Source: a virus
DNA: 64,000 nucleotides
IMG/VR virus record: IMGVR_UViG_3300031576_000014
Location: 30,583-94,582 of that record
Strand: one strand, 5' to 3'
The notes under the pieces are model-generated. The model was not told where the DNA came from and ran no database searches. It was given only the letters and a program-made list of their open reading frames with translations. The translations under genes were made by a program, and so were the position numbers. Positions within the stretch are counted from its first letter, which is position 1; each line of letters opens with the position of its first letter. Shown here piece by piece: positions 54,372-63,690 of the stretch.

Positions 54372-56302
54372 GGCCCGGCCGCCCCTTCGTCTCCGCCATC
54401 GTCGCCCGGGAGAAAGGGCGGCTGCGGCTTGCCGAACGGCGGCTTGCCGAACGGTTTGCCCCCGCCCGGCTGCTCATCATCCTTTTCGACCTTGCCGGCC
54501 GCAGCCTCCTGCTGCTGCTGGAACATCGCCTGCTCCTTCGCCTTGTCCTTCGCCGTCTGCTTCTGGACGCGCTGCTGCTCCTGCGCAGGGTCCGCCCCGA
54601 ACGCTTCCGCCATCGCTTCCGTCGCCGTCTCGACGGAGAGGAACATCTTGCCCCCCGTCGCGAGCTGGAGCGTCGTCGCGATCTTGGCTTGGTCGTCCGG
54701 CGTCGGCGTGAAGTACGGCGGCCAGCGGAGATCGGTCTCGCCTCCCTCGCCCGGCTCCCGCTCAGTCTTCGTCGTGACCGTCTTCGGCTCGAGATCCTCC
54801 GGGGGCAGCTCCTCGGGCGGCGGTCGTGGTTGCAGAGGTTGTTCTTCCGGGAGACCGGTCTTCGGGTCAAGCGGAGGCTTCCCGGGCGGGACCGGCTGTT
54901 CCGATGGCAGCGGGGCGGGCTTCACCTCGATCTTCGGCGGAAGCGTCAGCTCCCACTTGCCGGGCTGCGTCTTCGGTACGCCAGCCTCGTCGAGCACCGG
55001 CTGCCCGAGGTCGTCCGTCACCTGGACCATCGGCACCCGCTTCATCTTCGCGCGCGCGACGTCCGTCGGCTCGTCGACGAGGTTCCTGATCGCGTGCCCG
55101 TACTGCTCGCGGAGCACGTCCGCGCTCCCGAGCATCGGGGCGAACATCGCCTTGACCGCGACGGAGGAGACGCCCTGCGCGGCGACCTCGTGCGGGTCCG
55201 GGACGATGCACTGCGCGGCTTCGAGGATGCTCCTCCGGTGCGTCTCGATCAGCTTGATCCCCACCTCGATCGACGTGCCCTGAAGCTCCATGTACTCGGC
55301 GTCGCCGCCCTCGCCCGTGACGATCGAGTTGTCGGACCCCTTCTTGACGCCCGACATGGCGATCTGCTCCGGGTCCATCTTGAGCTTGAGCGTCGGGTCG
55401 AGGTTGAGGATCGCCCCGCGCGCGACGACGCTCGCGAGCACGTCGAGCGTGTCGAACTGGTCGAGGAGCCCTGCGTAGTCGCCGACGCCGTCGATCTCGT
55501 CGCTCGGGCGGTTCTGGATCCAGTGGAGGTGGCAGACGCCGTCGTCGTGCCGGACGCTCTTCTTCGCGTCGACGATCCAGACCGGCGCCGTGTCCGGGTT
55601 CGGCTTGATCTCCGCCGGCTCGAAGACGATGTCCGCGTCCGGCGTCCAGTCCCGCCGAAACCAGTAGTAGATCTTGTCGAACGCCTTGCCGTTCCATTGC
55701 GGAATCCAGAACGGGTAGACCTCCGTCGCCCAGCGCGGCTTCAGGCGCAGGCGGTCGGCCCACTCGTGCACGTGCACGTTCTTCGCGTTGTGGACCTCGT
55801 AGCGCGGCCGGCCCTTGTAGAAGCACCAGTCGACGCAGACCGTGCCCGTCGCGCCCCCGAGGCTCCGGGCCTCGATCATCTTCAGGGGCAGGTTGCCGAC
55901 GCGCGCGATCGTCTGCTTGAAATCCTCGTTCTTCGGGTCCCCCTCGACGCGGATCTGCGGGAAGCGGTTCTCGCCGAAGAGCAGGTTCGTGAACGAGTCG
56001 ACGATGATCTTGCCGAGCGGGTACGCGGCGCTCGGGCGGCGGTCGCGGAGCGGGACGTAGTACGGCGCCTGCTCCTGGGAAAGGAGAGGCATCGTCGTCC
56101 GCGGACTGTAGAGACGCCCGTCGAAGTCGTACATCTTGCCGTCGTGCTGCCGGCAACGAAAGTACGACTCGAGAAGGTCGAGCGCGCGGTAGCGGTCACC
56201 CTGGAGGATCGAGAGGGGCCGGAACCCGTCGAACGGGGACTGCTCCGTCCCGGTCATGTTCCCGAACGAGAGCGCGTTGCGCGGGTCGACGACCATGGTC
56301 AT
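54368..56302 (-). CDS. portal protein
   Basis: LESYFRCRQHD, IIVDSFTNLLFGE, SSVAVKAMFAPM, LSVETA; upstream of MuF. Confidence 0.8.
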   Translation of the reverse strand: MTMVVDPRNALSFGNMTGTEQSPFDGFRPLSILQGDRYRALDLLESYFRCRQHDGKMYDFDGRLYSPRTTMPLLSQEQAPYYVPLRDRRPSAAYPLGKIIVDSFTNLLFGENRFPQIRVEGDPKNEDFKQTIARVGNLPLKMIEARSLGGATGTVCVDWCFYKGRPRYEVHNAKNVHVHEWADRLRLKPRWATEVYPFWIPQWNGKAFDKIYYWFRRDWTPDADIVFEPAEIKPNPDTAPVWIVDAKKSVRHDDGVCHLHWIQNRPSDEIDGVGDYAGLLDQFDTLDVLASVVARGAILNLDPTLKLKMDPEQIAMSGVKKGSDNSIVTGEGGDAEYMELQGTSIEVGIKLIETHRRSILEAAQCIVPDPHEVAAQGVSSVAVKAMFAPMLGSADVLREQYGHAIRNLVDEPTDVARAKMKRVPMVQVTDDLGQPVLDEAGVPKTQPGKWELTLPPKIEVKPAPLPSEQPVPPGKPPLDPKTGLPEEQPLQPRPPPEELPPEDLEPKTVTTKTEREPGEGGETDLRWPPYFTPTPDDQAKIATTLQLATGGKMFLSVETATEAMAEAFGADPAQEQQRVQKQTAKDKAKEQAMFQQQQEAAAGKVEKDDEQPGGGKPFGKPPFGKPQPPFLPGDDGGDEGAAGP

Positions 56303-56305
56303 CGA

Positions 56306-56551
56306 TCAGCCGGCCTTCTTGCGCGCGCGCGCGACGCGGTCTGCGCGGCTTCCCCGCAGCAGGACGGGCGGGTCCGGGCGCTTTGGCTCTTCGCGGAACT
56401 CCTGCCGGACAGGCATCCCGCGCCCGCGCTCCGTGACACCTACGAAGTCGACCGCTTCCTCCGGCTCCGGTTTCCTTTCCCCGCGCACGCGCTCGCCGAG
56501 GCGGATCAAGAGATCACCGGCGAGCGATCGGACGTGGTCGCGGAGCCGCAT
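56306..56551 (-). CDS. hypothetical protein
   Basis: Directly after a leaderless-type promoter and upstream of the portal. Confidence 0.55.
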   Translation of the reverse strand: MRLRDHVRSLAGDLLIRLGERVRGERKPEPEEAVDFVGVTERGRGMPVRQEFREEPKRPDPPVLLRGSRADRVARARKKAG

Positions 56552-56557
56552 GCGGAC

Positions 56558-56586
56558 ACTCTACAGGCGCCGCGGGCGACGGTCAC
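56558..56586 (-). promoter_or_regulatory. sigma70-like promoter GTGACC-17-TAGAGT, leaderless
   Basis: The -10 box lies 6 nt before ATG 56551. Confidence 0.55.
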
Positions 56587-56604
56587 GGACCGCGGACGCG
56601 CGCG

Positions 56605-56907
56605 TCACGCGTTCTTCTTCGCCTTCTTCGTCTTCGCCGGAACCTGCTCGTCGTCCGCCGCCGCATCGATCGGCGATGGCGCCGACCCCGCACAGACCGG
56701 GGAGGAGTCGATCGGGGCTTCCCAAGGGAGCCCGGTCTCCGGATCTCCCCCGGCGAAGACGCGCGCGCCGCAACACTTCGTGAGCGCGAGGTCCGAGGAC
56801 CTCACCCGCTGGGAAGTCGTGAAGGTTTCGAGCTGCTCCGCCGTCGGCGGCGTTTGCGTCTCCGCCAGCTGGTGCCACTTGTCTCCGTGCTTCGCCCAAC
56901 CGCTCAT
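56605..56907 (-). CDS. hypothetical protein
   Basis: GGAGG RBS. Confidence 0.55.
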   Translation of the reverse strand: MSGWAKHGDKWHQLAETQTPPTAEQLETFTTSQRVRSSDLALTKCCGARVFAGGDPETGLPWEAPIDSSPVCAGSAPSPIDAAADDEQVPAKTKKAKKNA

Positions 56908-56917
56908 CCTGTCCTCC

Positions 56918-57304
56918 CTACGGAGCCGCTTCGATTGTGAAGAAGCCCGTCGAATCGCCGCGGGCCCAGAAGAAGTCCTGGTATTTGTCCGCTTTGCAGA
57001 GAAAGACCTTCACCTGAGACCCGAACTGGGGGCTCGTGAAATATCCTGCGACGAACCACTTCTGAGCCTGCTGCGCGCTGGCTGTCCGCTGAACGATGAT
57101 CGCGAATGTGCCTGTTGCGGGTTTGCCTGCCGGATCGCTTGCCCCGACCGTGAGCAGCTGAGATGCGTCCGTGTCCGAGAGATGATGCACCGCACCTTCC
57201 GGAGTGATGTCGCGCGCATCCCATCCGGCCGCAGCGTTTCCGGCGAAGACGGTGGCGATCTGTCCGGAGCCGAACGCGAGAAACGATCCGATTGCAACAG
57301 TCAT
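56918..57304 (-). CDS. hypothetical protein
   Basis: GGAGGA RBS; beta-rich; lower GC. Confidence 0.6.
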   Translation of the reverse strand: MTVAIGSFLAFGSGQIATVFAGNAAAGWDARDITPEGAVHHLSDTDASQLLTVGASDPAGKPATGTFAIIVQRTASAQQAQKWFVAGYFTSPQFGSQVKVFLCKADKYQDFFWARGDSTGFFTIEAAP

Positions 57305-57317
57305 GATGATCCTCCTC

Positions 57318-59015
57318 CTACACGAGCGTGGTGCGAGCCTTGTAGATGCGAGCGTTGTGCGTCATGTCGTGAGCGTTGTTCGCGTGCCCGCCAGCAGCGA
57401 TCGTGCCCGTGATGTTCGTCCAAGTCAGCGTGCGCGCGGCAGGAGCGACCGACCACGTGCCCGTCGCCGTGTCGAACGCCTCGACAGAGGAGCGCCCGCC
57501 AAGCATCGCGTTCGGCACCGCCGCTGCGCCCGCGATGTAAAGCTTCGTGCCGTCCGCATACGTGAATGTTGCGTCGTCCTCGCCCTGAACACCGACTGTC
57601 GTCGCGACAGCCGAAGCTCCCCAAAGACCAGAGAGCCCGTACAGGAAGCTCTGCTGACGAGCCGCCCCGAAAGACGCGACGATGATCCCGCCTATCGAGA
57701 GCCCGAGGGCCGGCCAGTCCATGTGCCCGCTGTCCTCGGTGAGGAACGATCCTGTGCGGACGACGAGAACAAAAGTTCCCTGAAACAAAGTTCCCGTCAC
57801 GGCTGCTGCGCCGTCGCCCTCGGCGACGAACGCCGGTTGCGTTCCGGTTCCCCGCACAAGGCACGCGTCGAACTGGTTGGCGTACGTGTTGCCCGCGTTC
57901 TGGCAAGAGAATTGGAAGCCAGTCGTCGAGGATGGCTCAATGTTCGTCGCGGTGAAGAACGCCCACGTGTTTGCCGTTCCCTTCCCCTCTGCCGAGAGGA
58001 TCAGCCTTCCGCCGCCCGCGTCTTTGTCGATCCAACGGCAGTTGGCGAAGACCAGCGAACATGCGGAGTGCAAGAGCTGGGACTCGGAGAAGGCCCCGCG
58101 TCCGAGGATCGACAGGTCTAGATCTTCGAACTGCACGGTAGGCTGGTTCGGGTAGAGGCCGCCGTTCGCCCGGACACGGATGAAGTCGACGTACAACACG
58201 CCCGGCGCGGTGAGGATCTCGTACGGGTCGGGCGCGGCCGGGGTCACGTACGTGTTGGCGAGCACGGGGAAGTTCGGGATGACCGGCTCGCTGACGCGGA
58301 TCGTCGTGGCGCCCGGGACCGTCGCGACGTAAAAGCGCGCGCCCGTGCGCGCGCCCGACGTGATGCGCACGCGCAGACCGAGATCGGTCGCGTCGAAGGC
58401 GGCGCCGGCGTCCGTCAGAAGCCACGGCGTGTTCGTCGAACGCACGCGCACCGTGACCGCCGAGAGGGCTCCAGTTTTCTTCTGGGTCATCGCGGGCCCG
58501 ATGATCCGGACCTTGACCTGCGTCGTCGGCACCCGCTGCTCGATGAAAATGTCTGCTCGCACCGGGTCGGCCTTCGGCGGAAGCGAGATGAACGCGACGA
58601 CCGTGCTCGCCGTGATCGGCTGCGCGCCGAGCCGGTAGAAAAGCTCCGCGTCCGTGAGCAGCGGCGTCCCGGCGGTCAGCCCGTCGTTGAGGTCGCTCGC
58701 GAGCTTCGTCGTGTTCAACCCGTCGACGAACCACGCCGGCTGCGCGCCCCAGCCCGGGTTCGGCGCGAGCTGGTCGCGGAAGGCTATGTCAGCCCCGAGA
58801 TCGACTCCCGGGATCTGCCCCTTGCGCTCCTTCGCGAGGGCGATCGCCGCCGTCGCCGCCGCGTCGCCGTAGACGAGCGGGAGCAGCCGCGCGCCCGCCT
58901 GCCGGAGCCGGGCGACGTCGTCCGTGACCTCGTCGACCGTGCGGCCCTTCCGGAACGTCGCGGTCCCGGAGGGGGTCGCGATCGTCACGTCGTTCTCGAG
59001 CACGTACTTGCCCAT
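57318..59015 (-). CDS. large virion fibre/appendage-like protein
   Basis: WFVDG...ASDLNDGLTAGTPL motif typical of beta-helix fibre entries; lower-GC C-terminal half. Confidence 0.55.
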   Translation of the reverse strand: MGKYVLENDVTIATPSGTATFRKGRTVDEVTDDVARLRQAGARLLPLVYGDAAATAAIALAKERKGQIPGVDLGADIAFRDQLAPNPGWGAQPAWFVDGLNTTKLASDLNDGLTAGTPLLTDAELFYRLGAQPITASTVVAFISLPPKADPVRADIFIEQRVPTTQVKVRIIGPAMTQKKTGALSAVTVRVRSTNTPWLLTDAGAAFDATDLGLRVRITSGARTGARFYVATVPGATTIRVSEPVIPNFPVLANTYVTPAAPDPYEILTAPGVLYVDFIRVRANGGLYPNQPTVQFEDLDLSILGRGAFSESQLLHSACSLVFANCRWIDKDAGGGRLILSAEGKGTANTWAFFTATNIEPSSTTGFQFSCQNAGNTYANQFDACLVRGTGTQPAFVAEGDGAAAVTGTLFQGTFVLVVRTGSFLTEDSGHMDWPALGLSIGGIIVASFGAARQQSFLYGLSGLWGASAVATTVGVQGEDDATFTYADGTKLYIAGAAAVPNAMLGGRSSVEAFDTATGTWSVAPAARTLTWTNITGTIAAGGHANNAHDMTHNARIYKARTTLV

Positions 59016-59059
59016 CGGCCCTCTTCTTGACCGATGGTTTCACGGGCGCGGGAGAAACG

Positions 59060-59542
59060 CTAGATCGGGAGCGTGGTCAGGTCGGCCGCCATGCCGAACG
59101 TGTAGACGCCGTTGGGCGCCACGCCCGGATCCTTGACGATGAGCATCGCCTCGATGCACCCCTGCGTCGGCGTCGCGAGATCCGCCTTGCGCATCTTGCT
59201 CGAGACGATCGCGACGACGTCGAAGAACGTGACCTGGTCGACGAGGAGGTTGCCCGCCATCGCGGTGCCCTGTTTGTACCAGTGATCCGTCTCATGATCG
59301 TAAAGCCAGAGCTGGGCGTTCAAGGAGATCGGCGCCACAGCATCGGTCATGTACGTGACGGCTACCCGGTGAGCCGGCCATCCCTGGTCGGAGAAGTACG
59401 GCGCGATGAGCACGTTGTCGACCGTGTCCGCCGGCTTCGGGACGCCGCCCGGGAAGTTCGCCGGCGTCGGGTCGAGCGTGTCGAAGAACGGAGGAGGCGC
59501 GACGCCTCCCTTTCTCCGCTGGAAAACCTTGGTCATCTTCAT
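59060..59542 (-). CDS. hypothetical protein
   Basis: AGGAG RBS; normal composition. Confidence 0.6.
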   Translation of the reverse strand: MKMTKVFQRRKGGVAPPPFFDTLDPTPANFPGGVPKPADTVDNVLIAPYFSDQGWPAHRVAVTYMTDAVAPISLNAQLWLYDHETDHWYKQGTAMAGNLLVDQVTFFDVVAIVSSKMRKADLATPTQGCIEAMLIVKDPGVAPNGVYTFGMAADLTTLPI

Positions 59543-59558
59543 CGCGGTACGTCTCCTC

Positions 59559-60191
59559 CTAGAGCCCGGTGTGCGCGATCGAGGCGGCGAGCCAGACGAC
59601 GCGCACGTCAGGCATCATGCCGTAGAGCGCGAAGTCGTAGAAACCCGCGCCCTGCGGATGGATCGTGCCCTCGCCGCCGACCGTCCAACCACAGCGCTCG
59701 TCGGGCTTGCCGAGCGCGTCGAACGAGACCGGCTGCGTCTCCTTCGACGCCTGGACGGGCGACTGCCACCCGTGGTGCTGCGACTGCATGCCGATCAGGC
59801 GAACGAACCCCGTCGTGAAGAGCGTCCCGGCCTTCGCCGCCTCGAGCTTCAGCTCCTTCGGCACCAGGCGGGCCGCCCAGTAGATGCGCTTGTGCGTCAG
59901 CTCGACCCAGATCGTCAGGGGGCAGCACATGGTCGGCGTCTGGTAGTCGAGCGGCCAGCCCGCCCCCCAGGCGCGCTTCGCAAAGCCGCCGACGCCGCTC
60001 TTCTTGAAGAGTCTCGGGTCGCACGGGAGAGCCGCGCCCCCGCGCGCGTTGACGACCGCCGCGCGCTGCGCGTCGACGAGGGAGCCTTCCCAGAACTCGC
60101 CGTCCGGGTCCGCGACGACGACGAAGTCGCGGTCGACGGTGCGCCCGCTCCAAGGGTGCTGCGCGTGCCTCTGAAGTTCCGCTGCCTGCAT
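59559..60191 (-). CDS. hypothetical protein
   Basis: Probable start MQAAELQ. Confidence 0.6.
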   Translation of the reverse strand: MQAAELQRHAQHPWSGRTVDRDFVVVADPDGEFWEGSLVDAQRAAVVNARGGAALPCDPRLFKKSGVGGFAKRAWGAGWPLDYQTPTMCCPLTIWVELTHKRIYWAARLVPKELKLEAAKAGTLFTTGFVRLIGMQSQHHGWQSPVQASKETQPVSFDALGKPDERCGWTVGGEGTIHPQGAGFYDFALYGMMPDVRVVWLAASIAHTGL

Positions 60192-60207
60192 GATGTGTGC
60201 GCCTCGC

Positions 60208-60861
60208 TCAGAGAACCTTATCATCCGCGGACGGGGGCACGAAGGGGTGTTCCTTCCACCAGTCCCTGGCGAGCTTCTCCCGCTCCCACGCGAGCCGGCA
60301 CCCGTGGTCCCCATCCTTCTTCTCGTCGTAGCGCTCCCCTGAGTAGCCGCAGAGCGTCTTCGTCGCGTGGAACGACGAGCGCGCGATGTGGAGCGCCGTC
60401 CGCGCGGCGAGCTTCCGGTCGGCGAGGAGATCGTCGCCCGTGATCGCCGGACCCGTGCCACCCATCGACGTGTAGAAGTCCCCGGTGAGCCACAACCCTT
60501 TACCAGGCTGGATCTGCCAGAACGTGAACGCGTGGCCCCCGTCGCACGTCATGCCTGCCGCGGCCAGGAGCCGAAGCGCTTCCTTCAGTTCCGGATGCTT
60601 GCCGTTGCACGTGCCGTCGCCGATCGAGGGCCAGAAGGAGCTTTCCTTGTACGCGAGCGCGACGAGCAGGAGCGCCGTCTTCGCGCGGTCCGCGCCCGCG
60701 GTGGTCGGTGCGAAGAGCGGCTTCTCCGTCTCCTCAAGGACGACCTCCGCAACGTCGCGCGCGGTCCCCTCGTAATGAGAGACGTCCTTTCCCGGCATGA
60801 ACACGGCCGGCGACCAGGCGAGCATCGCGGCGACCAAGTACTTCGTGAGCGCTTCGAGCAT
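60208..60861 (-). CDS. lytic transglycosylase/lysozyme-like protein with N-terminal signal
   Basis: LLVALAYKESSF catalytic ES motif, FWQI; hydrophobic N-terminus. Confidence 0.6.
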   Translation of the reverse strand: MLEALTKYLVAAMLAWSPAVFMPGKDVSHYEGTARDVAEVVLEETEKPLFAPTTAGADRAKTALLLVALAYKESSFWPSIGDGTCNGKHPELKEALRLLAAAGMTCDGGHAFTFWQIQPGKGLWLTGDFYTSMGGTGPAITGDDLLADRKLAARTALHIARSSFHATKTLCGYSGERYDEKKDGDHGCRLAWEREKLARDWWKEHPFVPPSADDKVL

Positions 60862-60886
60862 GGCGTTCTCCGCGAGCCGTCCCTGT

Positions 60887-61288
60887 CTAGCGCGTCGAGC
60901 GCGGGATGTCGAAAGCCTCGCGACGCTTCCGCTCGAGCTGCGTCGCGACGACGAAGACATCGACGTCGCCCGCGAACGATGAGAACGTCGCCCAGTAGCT
61001 GTCGAACAGCTCCGTGTTCGCCATCTCGGGAACGAACCTGGCCATGCGCACCGCGCGCGGGGTTGCAAGATGGAAAGCGACCTCCTCCCTCGTGACGTAC
61101 GCGCGCAAACGACGCGCCGGACCAGGGATGATCGCGTCGCCCTCCGCGTGGACGTCCGCCGCCAAGACCGGGATGTAGGACCGCGCCTGCGCAATCACCC
61201 GGTCGAGGTCGAACACCGGAAACGGGTCCAAGTACTCCCCGATCCGCGCCGCCGGCATGCGGTACGGGTTCGACAATTGCCCGCTCAC
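60887..61288 (-). CDS. hypothetical protein
   Basis: GTGA coupling with the endolysin stop. Confidence 0.5.
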   Translation of the reverse strand: MSGQLSNPYRMPAARIGEYLDPFPVFDLDRVIAQARSYIPVLAADVHAEGDAIIPGPARRLRAYVTREEVAFHLATPRAVRMARFVPEMANTELFDSYWATFSSFAGDVDVFVVATQLERKRREAFDIPRSTR

Positions 61289-62034
61289 GTCACGCCCCCG
61301 TCGCCACGAACGGAGTTCGGGTCGAATCTCCCAGAGGAAAGCCACTCGAGATCCTCTACCTCGCCGGCGAACCAATCGAGGTCGACCTTGCCGGTCACGC
61401 CCGGGCAGATCCCGATCGGGCCGCCCTGCATCGACGCGGCCCACTGCCAGAAGGTCCAGCGCGTCCAGGGCGCGGGCACGACCGGCTCCGGCGCGTCCGT
61501 GTAATGCGCGATCGCCAGCGGGTAGCGAACGATCGCCTGCGCGCCCGCCGACCCCGGCCCACCGAGATCCTTGACCAGCTCCGCGAGGAAGCCGACGTAC
61601 GAGTAGAGGAGGATCCCGCAGCCGCGCTCCGCGAGGTAAAAGCGTTCCCAGGCCCCGACGAAGTCGACCACCTGGTGCGCCGACATGTTCTTCCCGCGCG
61701 ACTCCATGTCGTAGACTGGTGCGTACGGGAGCTTGCCGAGGACGGGCTCCGTCGCGCGCAGGAACTTCTCGACGTCGTCGCGCGCGTCCTCGTCCGGGCG
61801 CCCGAACGTGTAGGCGAACTGCTTCAGCGGCGTGCGCGACGCGCGCTCGACGAACGCGCGGAACTGCGGGTCTTCGTACGTCTCCGCCTCCGTCGCCTTG
61901 TGCCAGACGAACCGCTTGCCACCCTCCGCGTAAGCCTTCCCGAAGTCGACGTCGTCGAGGCTCGACGCGAGGTTGTCGTTCGCGACGGAGATGTCGAACC
62001 CCGGCGTTCTCATCGATGGTTTCCCGAAATGCAC
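61285..62034 (-). CDS. GH25 lysozyme (endolysin)
   Basis: GFDIS, KATE, AYTF, YDMES (DxE), WTFWQW, VDLD; start may be ATG 62013. Confidence 0.9.
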   Translation of the reverse strand: MHFGKPSMRTPGFDISVANDNLASSLDDVDFGKAYAEGGKRFVWHKATEAETYEDPQFRAFVERASRTPLKQFAYTFGRPDEDARDDVEKFLRATEPVLGKLPYAPVYDMESRGKNMSAHQVVDFVGAWERFYLAERGCGILLYSYVGFLAELVKDLGGPGSAGAQAIVRYPLAIAHYTDAPEPVVPAPWTRWTFWQWAASMQGGPIGICPGVTGKVDLDWFAGEVEDLEWLSSGRFDPNSVRGDGGVT

Positions 62035-62192
62035 CGGCTCAACCTTCGCACCATGCGCTCTACGCCAGCGGCGAGGACGCAGAACGTGTAGGGGTTCATC
62101 ATCACGAACATTGCACCAAGAACAGCCGGGCGTTCGGACATATCGATCGTTTTGCGCTGGCGGCTAGTCATGGTGCGTGCGTGGTTCTACCT

Positions 62193-62567
62193 CTAACAAC
62201 GCACCGTGCCGCAAGCGCGAGCGGCTTCGACGCTCTTCGCCTCCTGCACGCACGCAGGCTCGAGCGAGAACCTGCCCGTGACCTCCGCGTCCGCGCAGAC
62301 GCGGTAGCAAGTCTTCCCCCCGTCTGGCCTAGACGCCTCCGGGCACCCGAGCCGCGCAAGCGCCGCGCACGCGCGCGAGCACGCGGGGAAGCGCGCGACC
62401 TCCGCCGGGGGATCGTCGGGGTCTGCGTCGCCGAAGACGATCGGAGCCGGCCCCGCGTCAACCTGAGCTTGACCCGGATCCTTCGGCTCCGGCGGCGGGC
62501 ACCCGATCGCGAACAAGCTTGCGCACGCGAGAACCAAAGAAATACCGGCTGGAAGGTGGCTTCTCAT
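62193..62567 (-). CDS. Cys-rich lipoprotein
   Basis: Lipobox FAIGC after a hydrophobic signal; 8 further Cys. Confidence 0.7.
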   Translation of the reverse strand: MRSHLPAGISLVLACASLFAIGCPPPEPKDPGQAQVDAGPAPIVFGDADPDDPPAEVARFPACSRACAALARLGCPEASRPDGGKTCYRVCADAEVTGRFSLEPACVQEAKSVEAARACGTVRC

Positions 62568-62666
62568 TTCTCTCCTCCGGGTCCCTGTTGCACGTGTGGA
62601 TGAACCGATAGTTCCTGCCGCAGTCGCGCTTGCACCGACAAGCCTCGCAGCGCTTCTTCGGCGTCT

Positions 62667-63515
62667 TCATGCCGCGGAGCATTCCACCGCGCAGAAGTCC
62701 GCGGCGAACGGATCGTTGAGGTACCCCGCCGAGCACCTGTAAAGGCCGCCCTCTCCCCAAGTCGTGCCCCAGGAGTTCAGGCAGACGAAGACGAGGCCCG
62801 ACGGCGCCGTTGTGTAGCCGAGGATCAGCGTCATGTGCCCGCCGAGCCTGGGCACGGACCCCGGCGAGTCGAGCACCTCCCCTGCCTTGTAGTCCTCGAA
62901 CGACTTCGCGACCTGCGTCCCGAACGGCACCGGATGGTTCTGGACAAGCTGGTTGCAGACGTCCTCGATCCGCTGCTGGCCCGTCGAGCGGATCTTCGAG
63001 AGGAGCGCCACGCGCCCCGCGCTCGCGTTCTGCTGCGCGTCCCAGGGAAGCTCCTCGTTGATCTTCGCTTCGTCGAACGGCCAGACATCCTCGGAGGGGA
63101 CGCCGAACTGCGAGAGCGCGTGGTAGGCGTCCGCTGGGTAGCTCCCGTCGTCCTGGAGCTTCGACTTCTTCGTCTGCTTCTCAAGCATCCGGGCGAAGGC
63201 GTAGACGCCGAGCGGGGAAGGTTCCGGGAGCGTCTTGCCGAGGAAACGCAGCCGGACGTCGACGCCGCTTGCGCACGCGTGCCCGACGCACGAGGAGGTC
63301 CCTCCCTGGTCGCGCACCCGGCGCACGAGCCCGACAAGAGAGAGCGACTCCGTCGGCAGGTTCCGGGGCGCCCCGAAGCGAGCCCTCGCGTTTGCGTAAA
63401 GCTGGTCGCGCGGCGCGTCGTCCGCCTTCCAGCCGAAGCGCGTCTTCGGCTGGTGCGTGGTCGGCGCTGACGACCTCTTCGGCTGCGGAGGCGGATCGCT
63501 GTCGACGTCGGTCAT
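62667..63515 (-). CDS. papain-like (C1) cysteine peptidase
   Basis: RDQGGTSSCVGHA, GGHM, NSWGTTWGEGG. Confidence 0.9.
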   Translation of the reverse strand: MTDVDSDPPPQPKRSSAPTTHQPKTRFGWKADDAPRDQLYANARARFGAPRNLPTESLSLVGLVRRVRDQGGTSSCVGHACASGVDVRLRFLGKTLPEPSPLGVYAFARMLEKQTKKSKLQDDGSYPADAYHALSQFGVPSEDVWPFDEAKINEELPWDAQQNASAGRVALLSKIRSTGQQRIEDVCNQLVQNHPVPFGTQVAKSFEDYKAGEVLDSPGSVPRLGGHMTLILGYTTAPSGLVFVCLNSWGTTWGEGGLYRCSAGYLNDPFAADFCAVECSAA

Positions 63516-63521
63516 GCGCGG

Positions 63522-63550
63522 AGCGTACGACGAAACCTTCCGCGCGTCAG
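63522..63550 (-). promoter_or_regulatory. sigma70-like promoter CTGACG-17-TACGCT, leaderless
   Basis: 13 bp downstream of palindrome copy 7 and 6 nt before ATG 63515. Confidence 0.6.
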
Positions 63551-63563
63551 CGGGAGGGCGCCC

Positions 63564-63583
63564 ACGTAAACCGCGGTTTACGT
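63564..63583. repeat. 20-bp palindrome, copy 7
   Basis: Exact copy. Confidence 0.95.
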
Positions 63584-63690
63584 GGTGGGCGAGATCGGGC
63601 AGCGCGCGCACGGCACGCCCTCCCGTCCTTTCAGGTCGACGCGCACCCACGCACGCCGCTTCCCTACGCCCGCCAATGACCGCGCGTCAT

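Noticed and set aside
11772-63583. 20-bp palindrome as a CRISPR repeat
   Set aside because: Copies are kilobases apart, with no spacer array and no cas genes.
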